Origin: an uncultured Verrucomicrobiota bacterium
GTDB lineage: Bacteria; Verrucomicrobiota; Verrucomicrobiia; Limisphaerales; SIBE01
DNA length: 64,000 bases
Direction: 5' to 3'
Assembly: GCA_964578605.1 (NCBI GenBank)
Contig: CAZODO010000001.1
Location: 70,348 to 134,347, forward strand
The notes below the pieces were generated by a model. That model was not told where the DNA came from. It saw nothing but the letters and a program-made list of their open reading frames with translations, and made no database searches. Every line of letters begins with the position of its first letter. The stretch's first letter is position 1. Below are positions 1 through 8,089 of the stretch, piece by piece. The translations under genes and the position numbers were made by a program.

Positions 1-531
1 GGGGTAGCCTTCGACCAACTCCATCACAATCGCGGGCGGGCTGGTTTCGTCCAGCACCGAGAAGATGGTTACCACGGCCGGATCATTCAGCGCGGCGGCT
101 TGCCGGGCTTCCTTCAGCAGGCGCCGCCCGAGTGGCGCATCGATCTGAGGCCGGAGGACCTTCAGAGCGACGGGGCGGTTGAGCTTCTCGTCGTGGGCGC
201 GGTAAACGATTCCCAGGCTGCCTTCGCCGATCTTGTGCTCGATCCGGTACCCTGGGATGCATGGCACGGGCGGGTGGCGGAGCGAGTGGGCTGCTTGAGG
301 CGAGGCTGAGCTCGGTTCCACCGGCTCGGCCGGAGTGGTCGCCCGGGTGTCCTGGACTTCGGTGTCCATGAAATCCCCTGCCGTCTCATGGGCGTGAAGC
401 AGCGATTCCACCTCCTGCCGCAAGGCGTTGTCTGAGGCGCATTGTTCCCTCAGGAAATCCGAGCGCGCCGTCCCGGTGAGGTCCAGCGCCCGGTTGAACA
501 AGATCTCAGCCTGGCGACCGGGTTGTTGCAT
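1..531 (-). CDS. Serine/threonine protein kinase, N-terminal part (gene runs off the left edge)
   Basis: Absent from the ORF track because it is open at the window edge. Reverse translation from ATG at 531 gives MQQPGRQAEILFNRALDLTGTARSDFLREQCASDNALRQEVESLLHAHETAGDFM..., then ...CIPGYRIEHKIGEGSLGIVYRAHDEKLNRPVALKVL. That is the glycine-rich loop plus the VAxK lysine of Hanks-type kinases. Confidence 0.8.
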   Translation of the reverse strand, partial: MQQPGRQAEILFNRALDLTGTARSDFLREQCASDNALRQEVESLLHAHETAGDFMDTEVQDTRATTPAEPVEPSSASPQAAHSLRHPPVPCIPGYRIEHKIGEGSLGIVYRAHDEKLNRPVALKVLRPQIDAPLGRRLLKEARQAAALNDPAVVTIFSVLDETSPPAIVMELVEGYP

Positions 532-612
532 GAGGTGCCTTTTGTGGACGCCACGCAATGGGGTTGATGCCTCGCGGCCAGCCAACTCGCCTGCGCTCCA
601 GTCGTGCGTGCG

Positions 613-2670
613 CTAGAACAGCGTCCGCGCGCGGTAGTAACGGCGTTCGCGGGTTGCCGCCTGAGAATCCACCACCTCGAGGACTCCGCCCGCGACCGTC
701 CCGGTCGAGACGAGCGTCCAGGTGACCAGATCCTCGGAGGTTTCCACCATCACCATACTGCCTTCGGCGGCCTTGACCTGGAACCGGAAGGTGCCATTTC
801 CCTCACGCGCGTAGTTCTGCAGCACGATCTCGGAGGACGATGCCTTCCCGAGCCTGAAGCTGGTCTGTTTGCTGACGGCGCTTGAAGCGACAATGTCGCG
901 CACGGTGTTGGTATCGAAGGTTCCGAATCTCGTGAACGTGAGCGAGCCTTCAATGAGCCCGGTGCTGGTGAATGTGTTCTTTGGCACCAGGATCGACGTG
1001 TCGGTCACCTTAAGCGGCCGCGGCACGCACTCATCCGGCGCCGTGAAGGTGGTGTCCATCCGGTCGTGCAAAGTCACCGCGATCTGATCGTTCGCCCCGG
1101 CTCCCGTGAATGGCGACCAGGTCAAGGTGAAATCCGCGGCGGGGTTGAAATCTGGAAACGCGCTTGCGTTGCCCATCTGGGGAATGGGCGGTGCAGCCGA
1201 CGACGGCACAGTGACCGTCAACGTCGCGGAACCGTTCTCGCGTTGCGCCTGGACGCGGTAAATGCCCGCGGGGTAGGCCGCTTCCAGGGCCTCCACGGTG
1301 GTGAATTCGTCCATGACCATGAACGCGTTGAACGTCTTCTCCATCTCCTTGGTGGACCCGTTGGGCAAGGTCAGCGTGGCTCGGGTCACAGGGTTCGTGT
1401 CCGGGGAAAACAGGTTGGCAAAGAACATGGGCTGAGACTCGGGGTCAAGGACGGGCGGTGCCGAGCCTGTCTGAACGTAACTAAAGTGCTTGAACACCGT
1501 GAACGCCCCGGACCCGTCATCCTCGCCCGGGTCAGGGTCGCAGGGGTTGTTCGTGCTGGACCCGCCGCCCGAGGCGGTTCTGAAAAAGCCGCTGGTTTCA
1601 TCGCTCTCGAGCTCGTTACCGGCCAGGTCAAGGAACCCCGACGGATTCAGATCCCAGACCACCATGGTGTTTGCCGGGAACCCGCCCACATAGGTGCAGG
1701 TCAACATCTGGCCATCGCCGCTCCATTTATACGTGAAATTCCCCTCATCAATCCCGGTGCCATTCCAGGTGATCTCCTGGCTCGGGGCCATGGCCTCGTT
1801 GAAGGTGAATACAACCGGCGAATTCGTCGCCACGTTGGACGCGAGATTCGCGGGGGAAGTCGACACCAAAAGCGGCGGAGTCGTATCGTCCCCGCCCGTG
1901 CCACCGCCGGCGGTTCGCAGCGAGAAAACGGTCTCTTTGCCGGCTCCCACCCAACCCGGCACGCCTCCAAACGAGGCCGTGTTCCGCTCGGTCACTTTCA
2001 TGAACAACAACGCGCCCTGGTTGTTGCGCGACGCGAGGCGATTTGCCGGAATGGTCACCGAACGGGCCGTGCCACTGAGCGCGCTTGCCTGGCCTGGCCA
2101 CCCGGTCTGGAAGACGATGTTCTCGTTCTCGTCCTTCACGGTGAATTGAATGAAGTCGCCGCTGGTCCCGCCTTCAAAAGCGTTCCAGTTCACGACGAAG
2201 TCCCTCGTGGCATCGATCGCCTGGGCGGCCGTGTAATTGGCAATCTGCGGCGTCTTCGGAAGCGCCCCGGTTCCCAGGGTGAGCTTGCCGTCTTCCATCC
2301 CGCTTTCGCTGAGCATTGAGAAGGTGTACTCCCCTGTGGGAAACGCCCCTTCAAGCGCGCTGAGCGTGTCAAACAGGGCTTCTCCCGTCAGCGCGTCCTC
2401 GCCGGAAAGGAACATCGGGATCATCGAGCCCGGCGCGTTCACCAGGCCCGCAAAAATGGAGCCGGAGGTGGTTGGGATGGCGAAAGCTCGGAAGGCGTAG
2501 GAATTCCCGGTCGCCAGCGCGACGCTGGCATCGCCCGTCTGCTCGTACTGCTCGAATCGCCCCATGCCATAGGAGGAGAGACTGGCCGCTTGCGCGACGG
2601 TCATATCAAACAAGGCCGCCAGGACGAGCATAGCGGGGAGACGGAGAACACTTTGTCGAACTTTCATCAT
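613..2670 (-). CDS. Secreted hypothetical protein with SbsA/Big_5-like Ig domain and C-terminal FYR-type module
   Basis: Track ORF 613..2742. Start moved to ATG 2670 (MMKVRQSVLRLPAMLVLAALFDMTVAQA, signal peptide). The central TTPPLLVSTSPANLASNVATNSPVVFTFNEAMAPSQ resembles SbsA-type Ig-like domains. The protein ends ...DLVTWTLV...RRYYRARTLF. Confidence 0.75.
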   Translation of the reverse strand: MMKVRQSVLRLPAMLVLAALFDMTVAQAASLSSYGMGRFEQYEQTGDASVALATGNSYAFRAFAIPTTSGSIFAGLVNAPGSMIPMFLSGEDALTGEALFDTLSALEGAFPTGEYTFSMLSESGMEDGKLTLGTGALPKTPQIANYTAAQAIDATRDFVVNWNAFEGGTSGDFIQFTVKDENENIVFQTGWPGQASALSGTARSVTIPANRLASRNNQGALLFMKVTERNTASFGGVPGWVGAGKETVFSLRTAGGGTGGDDTTPPLLVSTSPANLASNVATNSPVVFTFNEAMAPSQEITWNGTGIDEGNFTYKWSGDGQMLTCTYVGGFPANTMVVWDLNPSGFLDLAGNELESDETSGFFRTASGGGSSTNNPCDPDPGEDDGSGAFTVFKHFSYVQTGSAPPVLDPESQPMFFANLFSPDTNPVTRATLTLPNGSTKEMEKTFNAFMVMDEFTTVEALEAAYPAGIYRVQAQRENGSATLTVTVPSSAAPPIPQMGNASAFPDFNPAADFTLTWSPFTGAGANDQIAVTLHDRMDTTFTAPDECVPRPLKVTDTSILVPKNTFTSTGLIEGSLTFTRFGTFDTNTVRDIVASSAVSKQTSFRLGKASSSEIVLQNYAREGNGTFRFQVKAAEGSMVMVETSEDLVTWTLVSTGTVAGGVLEVVDSQAATRERRYYRARTLF

Positions 2671-2863
2671 ATGAGGGTCTTGATTATCACGGCGAAGCCA
2701 GCAACCGCTGGTGAAAATAATGGCAGCGTCTTTGGAATGCAACAGAGATCAGGGGCCGTCCGGCGGTTCTGATTGGCAGATCCAAGGGAGCGAGATGGCG
2801 GGGAGCGGCGGTTATTGGAGGTCTGGCGCTCAGGATGAGCAGACAATCGGGCCTGCACACATT

Positions 2864-2978
2864 CTAAACGCACGCTAAACGCACGTTAAACGCATGCTAA
2901 ATTCATGATGTCATGCGTATACCATGCGTTTAACGTGTATTTATCTTGTATTTAGCGTGCGTTTAGCGTGCGTTTAGA
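2864..2978. repeat. Phased 11-bp repeat array: 4 direct units, 16-bp spacer, 5 inverted units
   Basis: Left units: CTAAACGCACG, CTAAACGCACG, TTAAACGCATG, CTAAATTCATG (2864..2907). Right units: CATGCGTTTAA, CGTGTATTTAT, CTTGTATTTAG, CGTGCGTTTAG, CGTGCGTTTAG (2924..2978). The outer 22 bp on each side are perfect reverse complements. The region is locally AT-rich in a GC-rich genome. Confidence 0.85.
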
Positions 2979-3048
2979 CCGAAAGCAGTTGCCCGGCGCA
3001 GCGAAGATTCCTGGAATTCATCGCGTTGAATTCATCCGAGGAGGGTGA

Positions 3049-3279
3049 GCAATCACAGCGGCTTCACGGAGAATCTCTACAGAGCCCGCAGCCAGCCGCG
3101 CATCAGACCGTCCGGCCGGTCTGACCTGTCCGACGCGTTCCGACCAGTCCGACACCCCGCACTGCCCCCTTTGCGGCAGTGCCATGCGGCTGCGCGCGGC
3201 CCGCCAAGGACCGCACGCAGGGCAATCATTCTGGGGAGGCTCGGCGTTCCCCGATTGCCGAGGAACCCGGCCTGTCTGA
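3049..3279 (+). pseudogene. Possible relic of a topoisomerase-type C4 zinc-finger (NERD/TopA C-terminal-like) gene
   Basis: The frame open from 3049 to TGA 3277..3279 reads ...DTPHCPLCGSAMRLRAARQGPHAGQSFWGGSAFPDCRGTRPV*. This fits the CPxCG-x(n)-FWGCS-x-FP-x-C pattern of topoisomerase-type zinc fingers, with the third Cys replaced by Gly. There is no ATG/GTG/TTG start upstream of the finger in this frame. Confidence 0.35.
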
Positions 3280-3287
3280 GCTAAGCT

Positions 3288-4787
3288 CTAAGCGAAAAGC
3301 TCGGCCCAGTTTATGTTCCGCATATCGCCGGTTTTGCCGTAGCTGAGGTGCATCCCGAAGGAGGCGCCGAGGCTCTGCAAGGAGTGGCCGTTGCCGCCCC
3401 GTGCCACGTAATCGCGGAGGATCGGCCGGTAATCCGGGTGGGCACAGTGATCCACGATGAGGCGGGCGCGTTCGGATGGCGCGCGGCCGCGGAGATCGGC
3501 GACACCCTGTTCCGTGACGATGACCGAGACGGAATGCTCACTGCTATCGAGGTGGCTGACCATGGGGACGATGGTGCTGATCTTGCCGCCTTTGGCCGTC
3601 GAGGGGCAAATGAACATGGAGAGAAACGCGGCCCGGGCAAAGTCCGCGGAGCCGCCAATCCCGTTCATCATGTGCCGACCGAGCACGTGGGTGCTATTGA
3701 CGTTCCCGCTCAGGTCCACTTCGATCGCGGTGTTGACCGAGATGGTCCCAAGGCGGCGGACGACCTCGGGGTTGTTCGTGATTTCCTGTGGGCGGAGGAT
3801 GAGACGGTTCCGGAAGAACTCCCAATCGGCGTAGATGCCTTCCAGAGTTGGAGAAGGAACCGTGAGCGAGCAGCCGCTGGCAAACGTGACGCGTTCCTGG
3901 CGCATCAAGGCGATCACCGAGTCCTGGATCACTTCGGTATACATCTGGAAGTGGGGGATCTCAGGGTGCTGCGCCATGGCCATCAGGACCGCGTTCGCCG
4001 TGTCGCCGACACCGGATTGCACCGGCAGAAAGCCCTTGGGGATAAGCCCGCGGCGGATTTCCGCCGCCAGGAAATCGGCCACGTTCTCGCCGATCTTCGC
4101 CGTCAGCGGGCTGACCTGATCGAACGGCGCGACCTCGTCGGGCAAATGGGTCTCCACCACGCCGACAATCCTGGATGGATCCACCTGGATCACAGGGTGC
4201 CCAATGCGGTCGCACGGGCTGAACACGGGAATGTCGCTGCGGCGCGGCGGATCGTCGGGCTCATAAATGTCGTGGACGCCGCGCAAGAAGGGAGGGTGAT
4301 AGCGGTTCAGCTCAACGATGATCTTGTCGGCCAGGCGGCAAAAGGTAGGCGAGGCGCCTACCGATGAGGTGAGGACGATTTCGCCATACTTGGTCACCTC
4401 GCACGCTTCGATCAGGGCAGTATGGACCTTGCCGAGAAAGCCGTAACGCACGTCTTGCGGCAGGCGCGAGAGGTGCATATCGAAAAAGCGCGTCTCGCCC
4501 GCATTGATGCTCTTGCGCAAGTCCGGGTCCGATTGATAAGGGGTCCGGAACCCAATGGCTTTGGCTCGGGCGAGCGCCCCGTCAAGGGAACGGCCCGTTG
4601 AGGCACCGGAAATGAGATTGATCTTGAAGGGTTTGCCGGCCGCATGTTCGGCGGCGGCGCGCGCGGCAATGGCGCTCGGAATCGCTTTGGGCGCGCCGGC
4701 GGCGGTGAAGCCGCTGACGGCCACCGTTTCGCCGTCGTTGATGAGTTGGGCTGCCTCTTGGACAGTGAATTTGTTCAATGGTTTCAT
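3288..4787 (-). CDS. Acetyl-CoA hydrolase/transferase family CoA-transferase, likely propionyl-CoA:succinate CoA-transferase
   Basis: 499 aa. The N-terminus KFTVQEAAQLINDGETVAVSGFTAAGAPKAIP and the length fit the Cat1/ScpC family. It is the last gene of the methylmalonyl-CoA operon. Confidence 0.8.
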   Translation of the reverse strand: MKPLNKFTVQEAAQLINDGETVAVSGFTAAGAPKAIPSAIAARAAAEHAAGKPFKINLISGASTGRSLDGALARAKAIGFRTPYQSDPDLRKSINAGETRFFDMHLSRLPQDVRYGFLGKVHTALIEACEVTKYGEIVLTSSVGASPTFCRLADKIIVELNRYHPPFLRGVHDIYEPDDPPRRSDIPVFSPCDRIGHPVIQVDPSRIVGVVETHLPDEVAPFDQVSPLTAKIGENVADFLAAEIRRGLIPKGFLPVQSGVGDTANAVLMAMAQHPEIPHFQMYTEVIQDSVIALMRQERVTFASGCSLTVPSPTLEGIYADWEFFRNRLILRPQEITNNPEVVRRLGTISVNTAIEVDLSGNVNSTHVLGRHMMNGIGGSADFARAAFLSMFICPSTAKGGKISTIVPMVSHLDSSEHSVSVIVTEQGVADLRGRAPSERARLIVDHCAHPDYRPILRDYVARGGNGHSLQSLGASFGMHLSYGKTGDMRNINWAELFA

Positions 4788-4792
4788 GGGGC

Positions 4793-5581
4793 TTAAGAGA
4801 GTTCTCGCAAGAACCGCACGCGGTGCGGCTCGAAAAGCTGGTTTGGCTGCCCGGGAACGCGAAGTTCAAGGCGTCCGCGGGAGTCCACGCCGAGAAAGTC
4901 GCCTTGGACCACGGGCCCGTCGAGGTCCAGGGCCACGGAAACAGGCGTGCGCCAGAGCGCGTTGATTCGCGGCAGCAGGCTTGCCGGGCTGGCGGTCTGG
5001 AGTTCGTCCCAGACGGTCTCAAGAGAGTGCAGAACCGCGCGCGTCAACTGGTCCAGCGAGGGCGGTGACGCGAGCAGATCCGCAAGCCGGGTCGCCTGGC
5101 CCTGGAGGGAAGGGTCCCGTTTTTCGGGATGGTTCATCACATTCAGCCCCATGCCCACCACCGCGATTCCCGGCATCACCTGGTCGATCAAAAGACCGGC
5201 AAGCTTCCGGCGCCCCACGAGCAGGTCGTTTGGCCAGCGCATAGACAGGTCCTTGACCCCTCCTTCGCGCAAGACGACGCAGAGCGCAAGTCCGGCGGCC
5301 AGGGGCAACAGGGGCGCCATGGGAGACTTGGCGTCCAGCGGGACGCTGCCAGAGAGCCAAAGTCCTCCAGAATCCGAGACCCAGTCGCGCTGGAACCGGC
5401 CGCGCCCCTGCGTTTGGGTGTCAGCGCGGACGGCGTGCCAGGCGGGCAGACCGGCTGCCACCAGGTTGGTCGAGGGCACCTGGGGATACTCATGGACCTG
5501 CCATCGCCCCACGGTGAAGACCGAAGCTCCCTCCGTGGGCGCGATGGAGAGACCATGATTCTGGCCTGGCGACGTTCGCAT
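4793..5581 (-). CDS. birA: Biotin--protein ligase, class I (no HTH domain)
   Basis: GRGRFQRDWVSDSGGLWLS matches the biotin-ligase GRGRxGRxW-SP-G-L motif. Start chosen at MRTSPG (5581), because the track start 5653 overlaps the upstream BCCP gene. No N-terminal winged-helix region is present. Confidence 0.8.
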   Translation of the reverse strand: MRTSPGQNHGLSIAPTEGASVFTVGRWQVHEYPQVPSTNLVAAGLPAWHAVRADTQTQGRGRFQRDWVSDSGGLWLSGSVPLDAKSPMAPLLPLAAGLALCVVLREGGVKDLSMRWPNDLLVGRRKLAGLLIDQVMPGIAVVGMGLNVMNHPEKRDPSLQGQATRLADLLASPPSLDQLTRAVLHSLETVWDELQTASPASLLPRINALWRTPVSVALDLDGPVVQGDFLGVDSRGRLELRVPGQPNQLFEPHRVRFLRELS

Positions 5582-5609
5582 CCGTTCCGTTTCCCTGCGC
5601 GCGGCGAAT

Positions 5610-6044
5610 CTATTCGATTCGAACAAGCGATTGGCCCTCTTCGACCGCCGCACCCACCTCGGTCTTGATCTCGGCGATCTTGCCTGAACGCGGGGCGAAG
5701 ACGAAGGTGTTCATCTTCATGGCCTCGAGCGTGATCAGATGATCCCCTTCTTTGACGTCCTGGCCCGCGGAGACCACCACGGCCGTGACCCGGCCTGCCA
5801 ACGGGCTCGGCACGTCCCCTGGCCCCGATGAACTGGGTGCCGCCGGAGCCGGCGTTGGCGCCGGAGCCGGGGGCGCCGCGGTGCTGGGCGGTGCCGTGGG
5901 GATCAAGGGTGGAGCCGGGGTTGCGGAAGCGGGAGGGGTAACCCAGGGCCCGCCCGCGAGGGCCGGGACGGCTGAGTCGTCCGGCAATTCGACCGTGACG
6001 TCGTAGGTGTTGCCATCAACCGTGACGCGTAGCTTTTTGATCAT
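5610..6044 (-). CDS. Biotin carboxyl carrier protein (1.3S-type transcarboxylase subunit)
   Basis: 144 aa. N-terminus MIKKLRVTVDGNTYDVTVE, a Pro/Ala-rich linker, and a C-terminal biotinyl domain with the EAMKMNT motif. Confidence 0.9.
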   Translation of the reverse strand: MIKKLRVTVDGNTYDVTVELPDDSAVPALAGGPWVTPPASATPAPPLIPTAPPSTAAPPAPAPTPAPAAPSSSGPGDVPSPLAGRVTAVVVSAGQDVKEGDHLITLEAMKMNTFVFAPRSGKIAEIKTEVGAAVEEGQSLVRIE

Positions 6045-6059
6045 GAGGGGAAGATTGAA

Positions 6060-6479
6060 TCAGCGAATTCTGTGCGATTGGAAGATCTGAGTGCGCCCTT
6101 CGAGCGCCCATACGTTCAGGTGCGGAACCGGCGTGGCCACTTGCTGAACCGAGACCAGCCGGTAAGGCTGTTTGATCAGCATGGCCACCGCCGCGGCGAT
6201 GACGGCGGCGATCTCCGAAGGCACCTGCGTGGCGACCTTCTGAGTGCCGGCGGGACCCGCCGGGACCAGAGCGGTTGCGCCAGCGGGTTCCAGCGCCTGC
6301 CGCGCGGCATCGATGAAGGATGCGGCCCGGCGGAGTGCGGCTTGCACTTCGGCGCGGCGCGCCGGATCGTCCAGCCTTGGGAGAACCCGGTGAATCAGCG
6401 CCAGCACCTGGCCAAGATTGGATTCCGCGGTGGAGACCGCTTCGGCGGCACCGGCCGGTGAAGGATCCTGATTGCTCAT
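6060..6479 (-). CDS. Small OadG/MmdD-like protein lacking an N-terminal membrane anchor
   Basis: 139 aa, located between the 12S and 1.3S genes. The C-terminal PSEIAAVIAAAVAMLIKQPYRLVSV...NVWALEGRTQIF resembles the VIAAAI-type C-terminal motif of decarboxylase gamma/delta subunits. The N-terminal half is soluble and helical (Ala/Arg-rich) with no TM helix. Confidence 0.5.
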   Translation of the reverse strand: MSNQDPSPAGAAEAVSTAESNLGQVLALIHRVLPRLDDPARRAEVQAALRRAASFIDAARQALEPAGATALVPAGPAGTQKVATQVPSEIAAVIAAAVAMLIKQPYRLVSVQQVATPVPHLNVWALEGRTQIFQSHRIR

Positions 6480-6509
6480 AGGATTGGAAGGGTTTGGCCG
6501 CCCGCTGGA

Positions 6510-8063
6510 TTACAGCGGGATGGTGCCGTGTTTCTTGCCTGGACGCGACTCGCGTTTGGTCAGGGAATTACGGAGCGCCAGTGAAACGACCGCGCGCGTC
6601 TCGGCCGGCGTGATGACATCGGTAATCATGGCCTTCTTGGCCGCTTCATACGGCGAACAGAACTTCTCGCGATACTCTTTGACCAGCTCCGCTTCCTTGG
6701 CCTTCGCGTCTTTGGCGGCGGTCAGTTCACGCCGGTAAAGGATCCGGACGGCGCCCTCGGCTCCCATGACCGCGATTTCCGCCGACGGCCAGGCGTAGAC
6801 GAAATCGGCCCCCATATCGGCGCTGCACATGGCCAGGTAAGCGCCGCCGTAAGCCTTGCGGAGAATGACGGTGATCTTCGGAACGGTCGCTGCCGCGTAA
6901 GCGAAGAGCATTTTCGCCCCGTGGCGAATGATGCCGCCGCGCTCTTGCTGAACGCCAGGCAGGAAACCGGGAACGTCCACCAAGGTTACCACGGGGATGT
7001 TGAATACGTTGCAAAACCGGATGAACCGGGCGGCCTTATCCGACGAGTCGATGTCCAGCGTGCCGGCTTTGACGGACGGGTTGTTCGCGATGATCCCAAC
7101 GCAGATGCCCTGGATGCGGCCGAAGCCGACCACGATATTGCGCGCCCACATCGCATGGGCCTCGAGGAAATCGCCCTTGTCCACCAGACGCGCAATCACC
7201 TTGTGGATATCGAGCGGTTCCTTCGAAGTCTCGGGCACCAGCTTGTTCATTTCCGGATCCGGGCTCAGGTCGACTTGGGCCGTCGGATGATGCGGCGGAT
7301 CATGCAAGTTGTTGGCAGGGACGAACGAAAGGAGCTTGCGCGCGATCTGGATCGCATGCGCATCGCTGTCGGCGACGAAATGGATGTTCCCGCTGACACT
7401 GGCGTGAGCCATGGGGCTGCCAATTTCGTCCATGGTGCATTTCTGGCCCGTGACAGCCTGAATGACTTCCGGGCCGCAAATGAACATCTGCGAACTCCCC
7501 TTGACCATAATGATGAAGTCCATCAGGGCTGGCGAATACGCGGCGCCCCCGGCGCAGGGGCCCGCCACAATCGCGATCTGGGGCACCACACCCGAGAGCA
7601 GGACGTTCCGGAAGAAGACCTGGCCATAGCCCGAAAGCGAGTCGTCTCCCTCCTGAATGCGCGCGCCGCCGGAGTCGTTGAACCCCAGCACAGGGCAGCC
7701 CACCTTGAGCGCGTAGTCCATGAGGTCGCTGATCTTCTTGGAATGGATCCGGCCGAGCGACCCGCCGCTGACGGTGAAGTCCTGGCTGAACGCCGCTACG
7801 AGACGGCCATCCACGATCCCGATGCCTGTCACCACGCCATCGCCCGGAAGCGACTTCTTCTCCATCCCGAAATGGTGGCAATCATGGTCCGCGTGCATGC
7901 CCCACTCTTGGAACGTGCCGGCTTGGAACAGTTCGGTCAGCCGGTCGCGGGCGGTCATGACGCCTTTCTTGCGACGGGCTTCGAGTTTGTCTTCGCCGCC
8001 TCCAGCGCGCGCGGCGGCCCGGCGTTTCTCGAGGTCTTCCAGGAATGATTTAGGTATGGCCAT
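6510..8063 (-). CDS. Methylmalonyl-CoA carboxyltransferase 12S subunit (propionyl-CoA carboxylase beta family)
   Basis: 517 aa with carboxyltransferase motifs ...NDSGGARIQEGDDSLSGYGQVFFRN... and ...NIPVVTLVDVPGFLPG.... Confidence 0.92.
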   Translation of the reverse strand: MAIPKSFLEDLEKRRAAARAGGGEDKLEARRKKGVMTARDRLTELFQAGTFQEWGMHADHDCHHFGMEKKSLPGDGVVTGIGIVDGRLVAAFSQDFTVSGGSLGRIHSKKISDLMDYALKVGCPVLGFNDSGGARIQEGDDSLSGYGQVFFRNVLLSGVVPQIAIVAGPCAGGAAYSPALMDFIIMVKGSSQMFICGPEVIQAVTGQKCTMDEIGSPMAHASVSGNIHFVADSDAHAIQIARKLLSFVPANNLHDPPHHPTAQVDLSPDPEMNKLVPETSKEPLDIHKVIARLVDKGDFLEAHAMWARNIVVGFGRIQGICVGIIANNPSVKAGTLDIDSSDKAARFIRFCNVFNIPVVTLVDVPGFLPGVQQERGGIIRHGAKMLFAYAAATVPKITVILRKAYGGAYLAMCSADMGADFVYAWPSAEIAVMGAEGAVRILYRRELTAAKDAKAKEAELVKEYREKFCSPYEAAKKAMITDVITPAETRAVVSLALRNSLTKRESRPGKKHGTIPL

Positions 8064-8089
8064 AGGAATGTGGCGTGGTTTGGCTCAGA

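Noticed and set aside
2864-2978. The 11-bp repeat arrays (also 42649..42684) as a CRISPR array.
   Set aside because: The units are contiguous with no spacers and far shorter than CRISPR repeats. No cas genes are in the window.
3045-3284. Track ORF of 79 aa (MSNHSGFTENLYRARSQPRIRPSGR...) as a real gene.
   Set aside because: It is an Arg/Pro-rich translation with no motif. The only meaningful reading of this DNA is the zinc-finger pattern in the adjacent frame, which itself lacks a start.
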